Shown here one piece after another: positions 9,610 to 18,998 of a stretch of DNA of 53,140 bases (position 1 is the stretch's first letter; each line of letters starts with the position of its first letter). Source of the DNA: a virus (taxonomy: Duplodnaviria > Caudoviricetes). The translations under genes were made by a program, and so were the position numbers. Location of the stretch: positions 1 through 53,140 of the IMG/VR virus record IMGVR_UViG_3300048575_000211. One strand, written 5' to 3'. The notes under the pieces are model-generated. The model saw only the letters and a program-made list of their open reading frames with translations, was not told the origin of the DNA and did no database searches.

Positions 9610-9738
9610 TTACTCCCTCCACTACTTTCAAGAATTCGTTTTTCGTCGTTTGTTCTGGCAGCTTTATTTGAGTCTTCGCGTTCCGGTGCGAGAGCCAGAT
9701 CTCGCCGAGAACTTTCGTCAAATCGAACCGAATGATCG

Positions 9739-10170
9739 TCATTTCCTCTGATACGCCTTTCGAATAATCTCGCGCGCCTCAAAGATTTCGTTTTTTACAA
9801 GAGGATTCGGTGATGCCAGAAGCTTATCGATACGCTCAAGAGCTACGCCAAACCGAACGACTCTATCTCCACGCCGCTCGACCTCAGCCTCAAGCTCCTT
9901 GATATACTCTTTCGCCGACGCCAATTCAGCTCCGTTTTTGTCTGCAACACGAGCGTGCATGGAGATATCTTCTTTCAAGCGATTGATAGTCTCTGCTTCA
10001 GTCATTTTGCTGACCGCTAAGTGCCGCTTCAGCGCCTCATCCCAGCCCCACTCTGCGTATGCCATAAGCTTATTGGCCAGATTCGATCCTCTCTCGAATC
10101 CGTTCGCGATGATGTAGTCATAGCAGTCTTTGTTCGGGAACGGGACCCGTGTCGATTCTGCGTCGGTCAT
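9739..10170 (-). CDS. Phage hypothetical coiled-coil protein
   Basis: Overlap-coupled in the early operon. Confidence 0.6.
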   Translation of the reverse strand: MTDAESTRVPFPNKDCYDYIIANGFERGSNLANKLMAYAEWGWDEALKRHLAVSKMTEAETINRLKEDISMHARVADKNGAELASAKEYIKELEAEVERRGDRVVRFGVALERIDKLLASPNPLVKNEIFEAREIIRKAYQRK

Positions 10171-10355
10171 CTCTCGTCCTTCGTCGGCTTATCATCGGTA
10201 CACGCGAAATGTGAATCATCATCAATATCAAGCGCATCTATCGCAGCATTAAATCCCATCACGAATGCGAAAGCCTCGCGCTCAGTATCGAACTTTTTTT
10301 CAACAATAACGCCCTCGTCTTCATGGCAAATCTTGGCGTAAATCTTCTTGCTCAC
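10167..10355 (-). CDS. Phage hypothetical protein
   Basis: 4-bp overlaps on both sides; RBS. Confidence 0.6.
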   Translation of the reverse strand: MSKKIYAKICHEDEGVIVEKKFDTEREAFAFVMGFNAAIDALDIDDDSHFACTDDKPTKDER

Positions 10356-10672
10356 TTCTCACCTCCTATAAACAAATTACGCAGCATCTTAGCGATCAGC
10401 TCTTGATCATGCTGGGCATCCCACCACGCGATACGCCGTTCAAAAGGTATTTTGAGGCACTCGGAACATGTGCACGGATTCCCTCCTATGTGATCGCCGT
10501 GGTTGGTGTACGTAAATGCGAAGGTGTCTCCGACTTTAATCTCAGCCCTGCATATCTGACACTTTGCCTCTCGCAAGCCATCGCGAAACCATTTCTTGTG
10601 CGCTTCTTCGTCGGCTACCATTGGCTCGATGATCAATCCAGGGGTCCGCTTGGTCTCTCTCCATTCAGTCAT
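10352..10672 (-). CDS. Phage hypothetical Zn-finger protein
   Basis: CQIC...CSEC; operon coupling. Confidence 0.6.
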   Translation of the reverse strand: MTEWRETKRTPGLIIEPMVADEEAHKKWFRDGLREAKCQICRAEIKVGDTFAFTYTNHGDHIGGNPCTCSECLKIPFERRIAWWDAQHDQELIAKMLRNLFIGGEK

Positions 10673-11135
10673 GACTCACCCCCGGCAGAAGTGCCGGCAT
10701 ATTTCCGACTGAGTATGCTGATTCAAGTTCCGACTTCGCCCAAGCACCGAACGTGCGACCATCAGGCAAAACAATGTGCGCGAGGAACTCCTCCTCGAAC
10801 GTCGTGATGTTGCTACCAACGGCTTCGAGTTTCGCTTTGACGACAAGAGCAAGAGCACGCCAACGTTGACGGCATGCTTGCTCCCATGCCTCGATAGCAT
10901 CATCGTGAGATCGATTCCGGCGCCCACCAGGCGTGCGTAGGAATTCGCGAGAGCTTCGATCTGGAAGCGCAAGTTCAAAGCGAATCATTCTCCCGTGCGC
11001 GCGGAAGCCGATCACCGCGCGTTCATTCTGCCATCCATACATAAACTGATCAGCGCCGTAACGCGCGAGCGTGCGCTCGATCTCGTCGCGCGATTTTTCT
11101 TTACTTACCTGCGTGCCTTTTGCGTAGCTGCTCAT
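10665..11135 (-). CDS. Conserved phage hypothetical protein
   Basis: KSRDEIERTLARYGA...WRALALVVKAKLEAV..FEEEFLAHIVLPDG pattern. Confidence 0.75.
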   Translation of the reverse strand: MSSYAKGTQVSKEKSRDEIERTLARYGADQFMYGWQNERAVIGFRAHGRMIRFELALPDRSSREFLRTPGGRRNRSHDDAIEAWEQACRQRWRALALVVKAKLEAVGSNITTFEEEFLAHIVLPDGRTFGAWAKSELESAYSVGNMPALLPGVSHD

Positions 11136-11557
11136 CGCCTCTCAACTCCTTTTCTTGTCATCGTGTCGACCGAGCGATTCATATATGATCTGATGTCTTT
11201 TCTTCCGGTGTGCGCTTTCACGTGCTTTGCCCGAATCCATCGATCGCCGATCAGAGTATTGATCTCGGAAAACACCTCAACGGCCGGGCGCGGACACTTA
11301 TTCTTTGAAAATGTCCAAAACGCTTTTACACAACTTAGGTTGTCAGCATTCACGAAGAATCCATCAAGGTCCGGATAGCGCTCGATCGCTGCAACGATCG
11401 CGTGCTTGATCGCACTCATCTCAGCATGATTGATGTCATGAGAGTCGATCTCGACCGCGCCTTCAATCACTCCCGCGTGGCACTTTCCACGCCACGCAAT
11501 TCTAGCTCGGCGCCTTGAAGGACTAAACGATGCATCGGTGTAAAGCGTGATGAACAT
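11132..11557 (-). CDS. Phage ribonuclease HI
   Basis: LYTDAS, NHAEMSAI, ADNL, HVKAH, NRSVD give the D-E-D-H-D RNase H residues. Confidence 0.88.
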   Translation of the reverse strand: MFITLYTDASFSPSRRRARIAWRGKCHAGVIEGAVEIDSHDINHAEMSAIKHAIVAAIERYPDLDGFFVNADNLSCVKAFWTFSKNKCPRPAVEVFSEINTLIGDRWIRAKHVKAHTGRKDIRSYMNRSVDTMTRKGVERR

Positions 11558-11565
11558 CTGCGCTC

Positions 11566-11934
11566 CTACTCGCCGGCAACACGCGGAGCCCGCGCATCTC
11601 GCTCTCGATATGCTGCGACCTCAAACAGATCGCTAACATAGAAATGAGGGCCGAAGATCGGCTGACCATCGAAGCGAAAGCATTCGCGCGTCTCATGCTC
11701 CTCAGCGGTCATAACGGCTTTGAATGCCGTTTGTATGATCTCAGAAAGCGTCATGTGCTCAGAAAGCAGCCACTTGCGGCCGAATTGTGTTTCAATGACT
11801 CCACTGTCGGCGCACGCGGCAGGAAACTGGGCCTGAATGTACAGGTGCCCATCGGCCAATTGACCGAGATAGAACGACCAATTTTTGTAACGGATTCGGT
11901 TCAGAATCGTGCGAACTTTGACGATGTCCATCAT
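11566..11934 (-). CDS. Conserved phage hypothetical protein
   Basis: GRKWLLSEHMTLSEIIQTAFKAVMTAEEHETRE motif. Confidence 0.7.
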   Translation of the reverse strand: MMDIVKVRTILNRIRYKNWSFYLGQLADGHLYIQAQFPAACADSGVIETQFGRKWLLSEHMTLSEIIQTAFKAVMTAEEHETRECFRFDGQPIFGPHFYVSDLFEVAAYRERDARAPRVAGE

Positions 11935-12191
11935 GATATCACCTCTGGTGCCGGCCAGTTTTCTCGAATCCAACTGCCATCGACTTCCTGCCAGTGTTCA
12001 TCGCAAAGATCGGCTGGCAGAATGTGCAGCCCCTTTAAATAGGTTTCTGGGTATCGAAAGTACGCCACAGCTCTATCAACTTTCTCGATGAAGACCGGGC
12101 GTGACATAAATGAACGATCAACATAGCCGTTCCGTGTGACCGGCTCCGTTCTTATGATCGCTTTTCCAATAAACTTTTCTAGTTGATTCAC
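11931..12191 (-). CDS. Phage hypothetical protein
   Basis: GTG start overlapping the upstream stop; RBS AGGAG. Confidence 0.55.
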   Translation of the reverse strand: MNQLEKFIGKAIIRTEPVTRNGYVDRSFMSRPVFIEKVDRAVAYFRYPETYLKGLHILPADLCDEHWQEVDGSWIRENWPAPEVIS

Positions 12192-12445
12192 GATGCTTTC
12201 TCCTGTTGGTTGTCGATGAATTGAATTGTTGTAGGAGTCGGTGTCTCGATCTTGCCGTCTGGCAATTCGACGATCGCGACGGTAAAGTTGTGCCAACCGT
12301 CATGCCCGTCGTCGGCGCTTTCGAGGCCCCATCTGTGAAACATGCCGTATCTGATGACGTCTTCGTAAACGGTATTATAGCCACTGCCACTGACGTACTT
12401 TCGTGTCGTAATCTTGCATGGTCTTCCCTGATTTTTCACTTTCAC
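12188..12445 (-). CDS. Phage hypothetical protein
   Basis: FHRWG...TVAIVELPDG motif; coupled. Confidence 0.65.
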   Translation of the reverse strand: MKVKNQGRPCKITTRKYVSGSGYNTVYEDVIRYGMFHRWGLESADDGHDGWHNFTVAIVELPDGKIETPTPTTIQFIDNQQEKAS

Positions 12446-12705
12446 CCCTTGTGGTTAATCTCTGCATACACCATTTCGAGAAATCCGATGCAGTTCTTAT
12501 AAATGTCGAGCCAATAAGGCTTGTGCTCTGGATCTGCGTCTTTGAACCCATTCCACGCTTTGATCAAGTGTCCGATTTTCTTGTTCAGTTCTGGCGCACG
12601 AGCAACAAAGCGCTCATGCGCACGCGGCGAAAGAGACTCGAACTTACAGAAGTTTACTGGAAGCTCTTCGACCGGAGTCTTGCTCTTTCGCCTGCGCTTG
12701 CTCAT
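12442..12705 (-). CDS. Phage hypothetical protein
   Basis: Coupled; RBS AAGGAG. Confidence 0.55.
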   Translation of the reverse strand: MSKRRRKSKTPVEELPVNFCKFESLSPRAHERFVARAPELNKKIGHLIKAWNGFKDADPEHKPYWLDIYKNCIGFLEMVYAEINHKG

Positions 12706-12923
12706 TTCTTCGTTGCTCCTTCTTGAATAGCTCGATCAAACGCAGCTTGCTCCTCAGGAGTCTTAACGTAGAGCGCAGCTCCAATGCCGCCGAACAGGAC
12801 GCTAGCAACGACTCCAAGGGCCTCGTCGACTGTCAGCATGTCTGCGCGCCGATTGTCGACTTGGACATTGAAGAGGTAGGCGCTCTTCTCTCTCTCAATG
12901 GTGATCCGTTCAAACCGCGCCAT
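12702..12923 (-). CDS. Phage hypothetical protein
   Basis: MARFER start in a TAATG overlap. Confidence 0.55.
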   Translation of the reverse strand: MARFERITIEREKSAYLFNVQVDNRRADMLTVDEALGVVASVLFGGIGAALYVKTPEEQAAFDRAIQEGATKK

Positions 12924-13630
12924 TAGAGCGCCACCCGCACGTCTTGATAGATCCGCACGCCGGGAATCTCGCGCGTACCGGCGACGACGGCCGCACGAAG
13001 CGCCTTGTCGTTCTTCATAAGGTACTCTCGCGGAAGTTTTGATTCGTCTTCGACTTCGAAGACCCACGGCCGGCGAGTGTTGCTCACCTTCATCCCGCCG
13101 ACCTCTTTCAGAGCTTCTTTGTGTTCTTTGCGGATCTCGGTAACTGCGCGCTCGGCTTCGGCTTCGGCAACGAGATTGCTTTTCGCGAGTTCGGTTGCGT
13201 CAGCGGAGCCGAACATTTCGGCGATCGCGTTAGCTTCTTTTTCTTGTTCAAGCTTCGCTCGCGCCTCTTCTTCTTGTCGCTTGCGCTCGGCCTCTGCACG
13301 CGCGAGTTCCTCGCGACGGACGTTTTCGAGGTGGCGCTCCCACTTCACGAGTTCTTTTTTGATATGTTGCTCGGCATTCTCGAGCGGCAAAGCGATCTTA
13401 TCTGCGTAGTCACGAATCCGCTTCACTTCGTCATTTAGCGGCTTTGTGAGCGCTTTTTTTAGGTCCTCAACCTTTTTCAAGTATGATTTGACCTGCTTTC
13501 CGACCGTGGTCGCATTCTGCGCACCATCTTGATCAGTAACCGCAATCGTCATCACGGGTTTCACGAAAAGCGTTACATCCGCTTGAAGTTGATCGAATTG
13601 CTGGATCTGTTTATTTTGCTGGGCTTGCAT
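12923..13630 (-). CDS. Coiled-coil Gp157-like recombination-module protein
   Basis: Long coiled coil; C-terminal SKLPREYL...REIPGVRIY. Confidence 0.65.
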   Translation of the reverse strand: MQAQQNKQIQQFDQLQADVTLFVKPVMTIAVTDQDGAQNATTVGKQVKSYLKKVEDLKKALTKPLNDEVKRIRDYADKIALPLENAEQHIKKELVKWERHLENVRREELARAEAERKRQEEEARAKLEQEKEANAIAEMFGSADATELAKSNLVAEAEAERAVTEIRKEHKEALKEVGGMKVSNTRRPWVFEVEDESKLPREYLMKNDKALRAAVVAGTREIPGVRIYQDVRVAL

Positions 13631-14582
13631 TTTCCACCTCGTTTTTTAGGATGTCTCGAAGTAGCTCGAGTTCCTGCGTTGTTAATTGGAAGGCTTCTTC
13701 TTTTCCAAAAAATTTTTTGGACTTCGCTTTCATCTGCGTCGCAGTTAGTTTGAGCTTCACAGCCAAAAGCCCAATGTCTTTACCGATAATCGCTCGCTTG
13801 TCCGGAGACGGAGGCGGCTCGGCCGGCGGCGGCTCTTTAGGCTGATCTTTTCGCGGATCAGAATCACCGGGCTTCCAGTTCTTAGCCTCTTCTGCCGTCT
13901 GAGGAGCGTAGTTCTTGAGTGGAGCGGGATTGGCGCCCGCTGCCGGCGCAGCCTGCTTTTCTTCAACCGCGGCTTCTTCGGATTGAGCAAAAGACTGGAT
14001 CACGACCTCGCCACTTTCAGTTTGCGTGGCCTGCGGTGCTTCAGCGCCTTTCGGAGTGACATCACGAGTGAGCTCAAGCTCTTCAGCGGTATGGTCAAGG
14101 CCCATCAGAACTTCAGGGAAAATGGCGCGCTTCATACGCGTGATCGCACGAGCGCGGAGCATATCCGTCGGATAATTCTTCCAAACGTCTTTGCCGAGAA
14201 GGCCAGCAGCTTTCGCCTCCTCAATCGTGAACTGGAACTCGTTGTAGAAATCATCGTCGGGACGCTTGACTTTGATCTTGCAAATCTTCTCGTTGCTCTC
14301 AACGTATTGGATCGAGACTTTTGGATATTCTTTTCGAATGCCCGCGAGCAGCAGTTCGGCTGAACAGCCGGGTCTCCCGTTGACGACGTGAATATGCGAA
14401 AACCCAACCATCGGCGGCAATCCGAGCTCATAGGCTTTCAGAGCGATGATTGTTGCGGCTTCCGCATTTTTGATCGTCGACGGTATCAAACCTGATTTGA
14501 ACGCGTTCGAACCAACTTCCTTCAACTTTGCCCATTCGCTATCGCTCGGAAGAAGCGCGAGCGCCTTTGATGCGTCACTCAT
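13611..14582 (-). CDS. RecT-like single-strand annealing protein
   Basis: ELGLPPM...IHVVNGRP...AGLLGKDVWKNYPTDMLRARA; follows the exonuclease. Confidence 0.8.
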   Translation of the reverse strand: MSDASKALALLPSDSEWAKLKEVGSNAFKSGLIPSTIKNAEAATIIALKAYELGLPPMVGFSHIHVVNGRPGCSAELLLAGIRKEYPKVSIQYVESNEKICKIKVKRPDDDFYNEFQFTIEEAKAAGLLGKDVWKNYPTDMLRARAITRMKRAIFPEVLMGLDHTAEELELTRDVTPKGAEAPQATQTESGEVVIQSFAQSEEAAVEEKQAAPAAGANPAPLKNYAPQTAEEAKNWKPGDSDPRKDQPKEPPPAEPPPSPDKRAIIGKDIGLLAVKLKLTATQMKAKSKKFFGKEEAFQLTTQELELLRDILKNEVENASPAK

Positions 14583-15427
14583 TCAAAATCTCCTGCGTTA
14601 AAAAAATCTGGAATTTCAACTTCATGAATCCCGAGCGGATATCCGCGCCAGAATTTCGGATTCTCTTTTGCTGCTTTGATTGCTCGAAGCGCGCGCCGCA
14701 CGTTCTGCTCGCCGGCATATAGAGAGGCGCCTCCGATGCGATAGACTTGCACGCCCCAAGGGTCTTCCTTCTCGCACGCGATGAGATTGAACCGGTCGAG
14801 AAATGTTCCGAGGCACTCGCTCATAGTCTCGAGATAGTAGGCCGCGCTGATCGGGTAGCCGTACTTCGCAGCATCGAAAATGAACGGCCGTCGGCTGGCG
14901 TCCGTCGTGCTCTTGAGATCGCTGACCTCGCGGCCCTTCCATGCGTCTGCACGGCATTTCTTGATGATGCCGGTCTCCGCATCACGAGAGAAAAACGTGT
15001 GCTCAACTTTCGCGCCATCGAGTAATTCACGTGCGACCGGATGCTCTGCGAGCCGCTTGTCCATCGCTTTGATTTGCTCGAAGTCGTCCCAAGAAATCGC
15101 GATACGGCCATCTAGCGGATCTGGGTCCTTGCGATCCTTTTTTATGTAGTAGGTCCGCAAGAATTTTTCGGGTTCGAGCTTGAACGTGTGAAATGCATTG
15201 CCGAATCGGAAGTGTTTTTTGTCGCCAGCGAAGAACCGGCGCTCAGCATGATCGAGCGAGCGGAGAACGGCTTTGATCGTCGTCGATGACACTCCTGGAC
15301 AATCCGGGTGGTGGTAAACACGGATCGGTATATCTGCGTAAATACCCGGCAGCGTTCCGTTTTCGGCGCGAGCGATCAACTCGCGCAAAACTTCTTGCTC
15401 ATGCCTGTTCAGTGTGTGTATTGACAT
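14579..15427 (-). CDS. RecE-like PD-(D/E)XK exonuclease (DUF3799 type)
   Basis: YH..PGVSST, FGNAFH, KCRAD, DLKST, YPISAAYY. Confidence 0.88.
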   Translation of the reverse strand: MSIHTLNRHEQEVLRELIARAENGTLPGIYADIPIRVYHHPDCPGVSSTTIKAVLRSLDHAERRFFAGDKKHFRFGNAFHTFKLEPEKFLRTYYIKKDRKDPDPLDGRIAISWDDFEQIKAMDKRLAEHPVARELLDGAKVEHTFFSRDAETGIIKKCRADAWKGREVSDLKSTTDASRRPFIFDAAKYGYPISAAYYLETMSECLGTFLDRFNLIACEKEDPWGVQVYRIGGASLYAGEQNVRRALRAIKAAKENPKFWRGYPLGIHEVEIPDFFNAGDFE

Positions 15428-15525
15428 CGAAAATCCTTACGTTTACGAAGGGCGCACGTCGGCCCTACGATTTGACAACGTGTCAAGTCGGTCGCTAGAT
15501 TCAGATCTGTCGTGTTGTTACCTGG

Positions 15526-15750
15526 CTACGCCCTGCAGTCGTTGGAGACGCCTTTGAGAAAATCCTCCGTGCATTCCAAGAAGATCGACATCAGTCGAAG
15601 TGTTGGTGGCGGAGGGACTCGGTGTCCCGAGAGGTATTGGTCCATTGACCCCTTCGAAACCCTGCTCTCAAACGCAAGCCATTCCCGCGTGCGCCCGATT
15701 TCTCGAAGTCTTTGCTTTGCTCTGTCTGCTCTCCAAAGTGTCGCTTCCAT
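15526..15750 (-). CDS. Cro-like HTH regulator
   Basis: TREWLAFESRVSKGSMDQYLSGHRVP; divergent from the repressor. Confidence 0.8.
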   Translation of the reverse strand: MEATLWRADRAKQRLREIGRTREWLAFESRVSKGSMDQYLSGHRVPPPPTLRLMSIFLECTEDFLKGVSNDCRA

Positions 15751-15843
15751 ACCTTTGGATGTAAATCTCACTGTCGATACTGTCAATATGAGTTTACTAT
15801 CCGAAATGATAAACCGTGCGTTTCTCCCATGCGGGGCCTGCGC
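15751..15843. promoter_or_regulatory. Divergent cI/cro control region
   Basis: Imperfect inverted repeat GTAAATCTCA...TGAGTTTAC flanking a minus-strand TTGACA (15781-15786). Confidence 0.55.
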
Positions 15844-16299
15844 ATGAAGTCTAAGTATGCGTTATTTCTAGCAGAAAACTTAGATGAGCTAATGAAGCGG
15901 AGCGGCGAATACAAGTCTTCATTGGCGAAGACACTCGAGATTTCAAGACCTCACCTGGATGACATCCTCAACGCTGCGACGAATCCAACCCTTCAGACGA
16001 TCGAGAAAATCGGTACTCACTTCGAAATAGACCCGGCACTGCTTTTGATGAAGGCCATGGGTAAACAACGAGCCGATGGTTTTGTTGAAACTCCAGGCCG
16101 TTTGCTCGAGCGAATCGCCACCGAGACAACAAAGCTCCGTGCTGCCGTGGGCGACATCCCGGCCGACATTCTTGACCTGCTCGTGAAAGAGGCCGCAAGC
16201 GGAAGCGATGGCATTTTCGTCGCGATCCGTGAGCAACTCGGTGCCACGAGCGTTCACGCTGGGAAACAGAAATCAACAGACCGCTCCTCAGGTCGTTGA
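15844..16299 (+). CDS. CI-like XRE-family repressor
   Basis: LAENLDELM...SSLAKTLEISRPHLDDILNAATNPTLQTIEKI; no recognisable S24 peptidase domain. Confidence 0.82.
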   Translation: MKSKYALFLAENLDELMKRSGEYKSSLAKTLEISRPHLDDILNAATNPTLQTIEKIGTHFEIDPALLLMKAMGKQRADGFVETPGRLLERIATETTKLRAAVGDIPADILDLLVKEAASGSDGIFVAIREQLGATSVHAGKQKSTDRSSGR

Positions 16300-17244
16300 T
16301 TCAGATCTCTTTGGCACGAGATTAATGATGTCATCGTTCAATCGCTTGAGAGCGGCGACCAGCTGGTCCCGGGTCTCCTTCTTCTTCAAGCCAGCAAGCA
16401 CTTCGAGAACATCGATGTCGGGCGTGATCACCTTTCGTGCGTAGATCGTTGCCACGATCGCCGGAATCAATCCAACCCATATCGGCCCTGGCGCCAGGGC
16501 GCTAACGGCAACGCCGATGCCGGTGATCGTTACTCCTCTCACCATCGCCTTCTTGCACACCAGCGTGTTGTAATTGAGAGCTAGCATAACGACCACGGCA
16601 GCAAGAGCGAGAGGGTTCAATGCGATGGCGCTCGTCAAGCCAACGGCGGCCAGCACTTGCGAAAACTGCTCTTTATCTTCCTTCGACCAAGCGAGTACGA
16701 GGGACACGGACGCGATCGTTCCACCCAACACGGTCTCGATCGCTTCTTGGCCGTTGATCGTCACGAGATCACGTGCCAACTCCTCTTTAATGCCAAAACC
16801 TCTCAGCATCTCATAAATGTCATCGGTGAGCTGTCCAAGCATTGGCATTCCGGCGGGTGAACTGAGATCCGAGAAATAGGCTCTCGTGCCCTCAGAGAAA
16901 GACTGAATATCCGACCACCCGTTCTTCTCTCCGACCTCGAACGCGCGCGAAAGTGCTTCCCCAATCGTATGACCACCATCGAGAACGCGGTGGTTGCTAG
17001 GAAACATGCCTCCGGAAATCCCGTTCTTAAGCCAATCAGAATCCATCGCCTTCGTGACTTCGTTTGAGAGAGAATTCAGCGAGCGAAACCACTCGGTCCC
17101 CGCTATCGAATTCGAGATGTCGCTCGCCGCGACGACACCAGAGTTCCAGGTCTTCTGAACAGCATCCGCGACGTGGTACTTATCTGCCTTCTCTGAAATT
17201 TGAGCTTTCACGCTTGCCAGAATCTTCGTCGCTTTGTTTTTCAT
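16288..17244 (-). CDS. Accessory (moron) membrane protein
   Basis: Soluble N-terminus, then several hydrophobic Gly/Ala helices; sits between the lysis and immunity modules. Confidence 0.7.
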   Translation of the reverse strand: MKNKATKILASVKAQISEKADKYHVADAVQKTWNSGVVAASDISNSIAGTEWFRSLNSLSNEVTKAMDSDWLKNGISGGMFPSNHRVLDGGHTIGEALSRAFEVGEKNGWSDIQSFSEGTRAYFSDLSSPAGMPMLGQLTDDIYEMLRGFGIKEELARDLVTINGQEAIETVLGGTIASVSLVLAWSKEDKEQFSQVLAAVGLTSAIALNPLALAAVVVMLALNYNTLVCKKAMVRGVTITGIGVAVSALAPGPIWVGLIPAIVATIYARKVITPDIDVLEVLAGLKKKETRDQLVAALKRLNDDIINLVPKRSESTT

Positions 17245-17467
17245 GGTTCCCGTATCGGGAACCAAACGACCTAGCTTTAATTTCAATCACGTTCCCCGGA
17301 ACTCGCGCAGCCGAAACCATACGTTCTCTCATCAAATCCAAAATCACTTTTACGTTCCTCGATTCGCGTCGCAGAAGAAAGACCAGCTGGTCGTCGTCCA
17401 AAAACTCGATCCCATCACGCATGCGCCGAAGCACGAGCGCATGATACCGCTCAAAATCAGAATCCAT
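17180..17467 (-). CDS. Hypothetical protein
   Basis: MDSDFE start with G-rich RBS; overlaps the moron start. Confidence 0.4.
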   Translation of the reverse strand: MDSDFERYHALVLRRMRDGIEFLDDDQLVFLLRRESRNVKVILDLMRERMVSAARVPGNVIEIKARSFGSRYGNHEKQSDEDSGKRESSNFREGR

Positions 17468-17635
17468 CTCGCCCCCAACAGAGGGAGGTCTCATAACAAG
17501 TCGGATTTTGAGTGTGTAGAGAAATGCGAGAAAACTTTTTCGCTTTGCTTAAGAAGCTACGGAACTACTCAATCAAACTTGGAAATTCGCCGATAACACT
17601 CAGTGATTAATATGACATTATAATGAGAGAGAGCG

Positions 17636-17872
17636 ATGCAGGTCAGAAAGCGGATGACGAAAGTCGGTACATCTTATGCGATCATAATCGACAAGCCAGT
17701 GCTTGAGCAGAGCAAACTCAAGCCAAGCGAGGACCTGATTCTCGACGTGAGTAGCTCCTCGATTATCATTTCACCGATTGATCCGAAACGAGACATTCCG
17801 CTATCGCAAGCCTCCGAAGAAGACATCCTCAACGAGTTGCGCATGCGATTTCACACGCTGAAGGGTCACTGA
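17636..17872 (+). CDS. Orphan AbrB/MazE-family DNA-binding protein
   Basis: TKVGTSYAIIIDKPVL; upstream palindrome CATTATAATG containing TATAAT. Confidence 0.8.
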   Translation: MQVRKRMTKVGTSYAIIIDKPVLEQSKLKPSEDLILDVSSSSIIISPIDPKRDIPLSQASEEDILNELRMRFHTLKGH

Positions 17873-18558
17873 CAAAACGGCAGCTTCTTCACCATCGCAG
17901 TGATCTCCGCGATTTTTTGATATCGTCCGCCATCGCGCAGGACGGCCCAGTAAACGTTCGCGCGAATGATCGCCCTTTTGTACTTCTTCATCTGTCGATC
18001 CATGATTCTGATGCCGCAGTCGAGATTGAGAAGTGGGTTCGTGATCGAGCGCTGAGCGAGCGGAAGATTTTTGTCCTTCGCCCAGTCGAAGGCGCAGAAC
18101 TTCGCCCACGTGATGTCCTGATAGCTCAACTGCAAGAGCCCTTCGCTCACGACTTGGCGGCCCGTGATCGGATCGGTTCCCATAGTGCTTTCGGTGTACT
18201 GAGTCGCCGGGTTCCAGTTCGATTCAAATTTCGCCGTTGCTGAGAACATCTCACCCCACGCGTTCACTCGCTGATCGACCGTGAGTGAGTGATACTTAGG
18301 ACAGAACCTCTCGGCGTCTTCCGCCTGATCAAACGTCGGCAGCAGCTCGGCGATGATCTTGAAGGTGTGATCGCTCCAAGCCTTGCGCTCCGGATGTCCT
18401 TTTTCCCACGAGAGCGGCACGAAGCCAGCGGCCGGCGGCATCGGTGTAGATGCCGGGACCGGAGTAGCGGTCGCGACCGGCGTCGGGGCCGGAGGCTTCG
18501 ACATTGCGAAGCTGGTCATTGATACGATCAAGGCGAAAACGAAAGTCAGGAATTTCAT
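17866..18558 (-). CDS. SLT lytic transglycosylase (endolysin) with signal peptide
   Basis: AKFESNWNP catalytic Glu, GLLQLS, NLDCGIRI; signal peptide and Pro/Thr/Ala linker. Confidence 0.85.
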   Translation of the reverse strand: MKFLTFVFALIVSMTSFAMSKPPAPTPVATATPVPASTPMPPAAGFVPLSWEKGHPERKAWSDHTFKIIAELLPTFDQAEDAERFCPKYHSLTVDQRVNAWGEMFSATAKFESNWNPATQYTESTMGTDPITGRQVVSEGLLQLSYQDITWAKFCAFDWAKDKNLPLAQRSITNPLLNLDCGIRIMDRQMKKYKRAIIRANVYWAVLRDGGRYQKIAEITAMVKKLPFCQ

Positions 18559-18998
18559 GTTGAACTCCATGGAAGCCCGTGCGGGCGAATCACATAAAGA
18601 AGATCTGAACGCCGGAGAACGGAAACGATGCGAACCTCAGCGCCCTGGGCCCGTGCGATCTCGACTGATGTCGTCGTAGATCCGCCGCCGCCAGCTTCGA
18701 TCATGAGCCCATCGCCAAGAGCAATTGCGACGTGAGTGACTTTGCCGTCTTTGCCGAAGAAAAGAAGATCACCCAGGTCCGAGTCCACCACGCAAGCAAT
18801 CAAAATTCCGTGATCAAGAAAATGCATCGCAAGAGCGTGAGCAGTCTGATCACCAGGAGGATCGAGCTTCAAAAAATTTAGTGCGAGCTGCGCGAAGCCC
18901 GAGCAATCGAGGCCCGTCTTCATGCTTGACCCGGCCCACACATATGGAATGCGAATGTAGCCAGCCAAATGAATCAAAAACCGCTCGCGTGCCGTCAT
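18555..18998 (-). CDS. NlpC/P60 (C40) peptidase
   Basis: PYVWAG..GLDCSGF...GDLLFF...THVAI. Confidence 0.92.
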   Translation of the reverse strand: MTARERFLIHLAGYIRIPYVWAGSSMKTGLDCSGFAQLALNFLKLDPPGDQTAHALAMHFLDHGILIACVVDSDLGDLLFFGKDGKVTHVAIALGDGLMIEAGGGGSTTTSVEIARAQGAEVRIVSVLRRSDLLYVIRPHGLPWSST

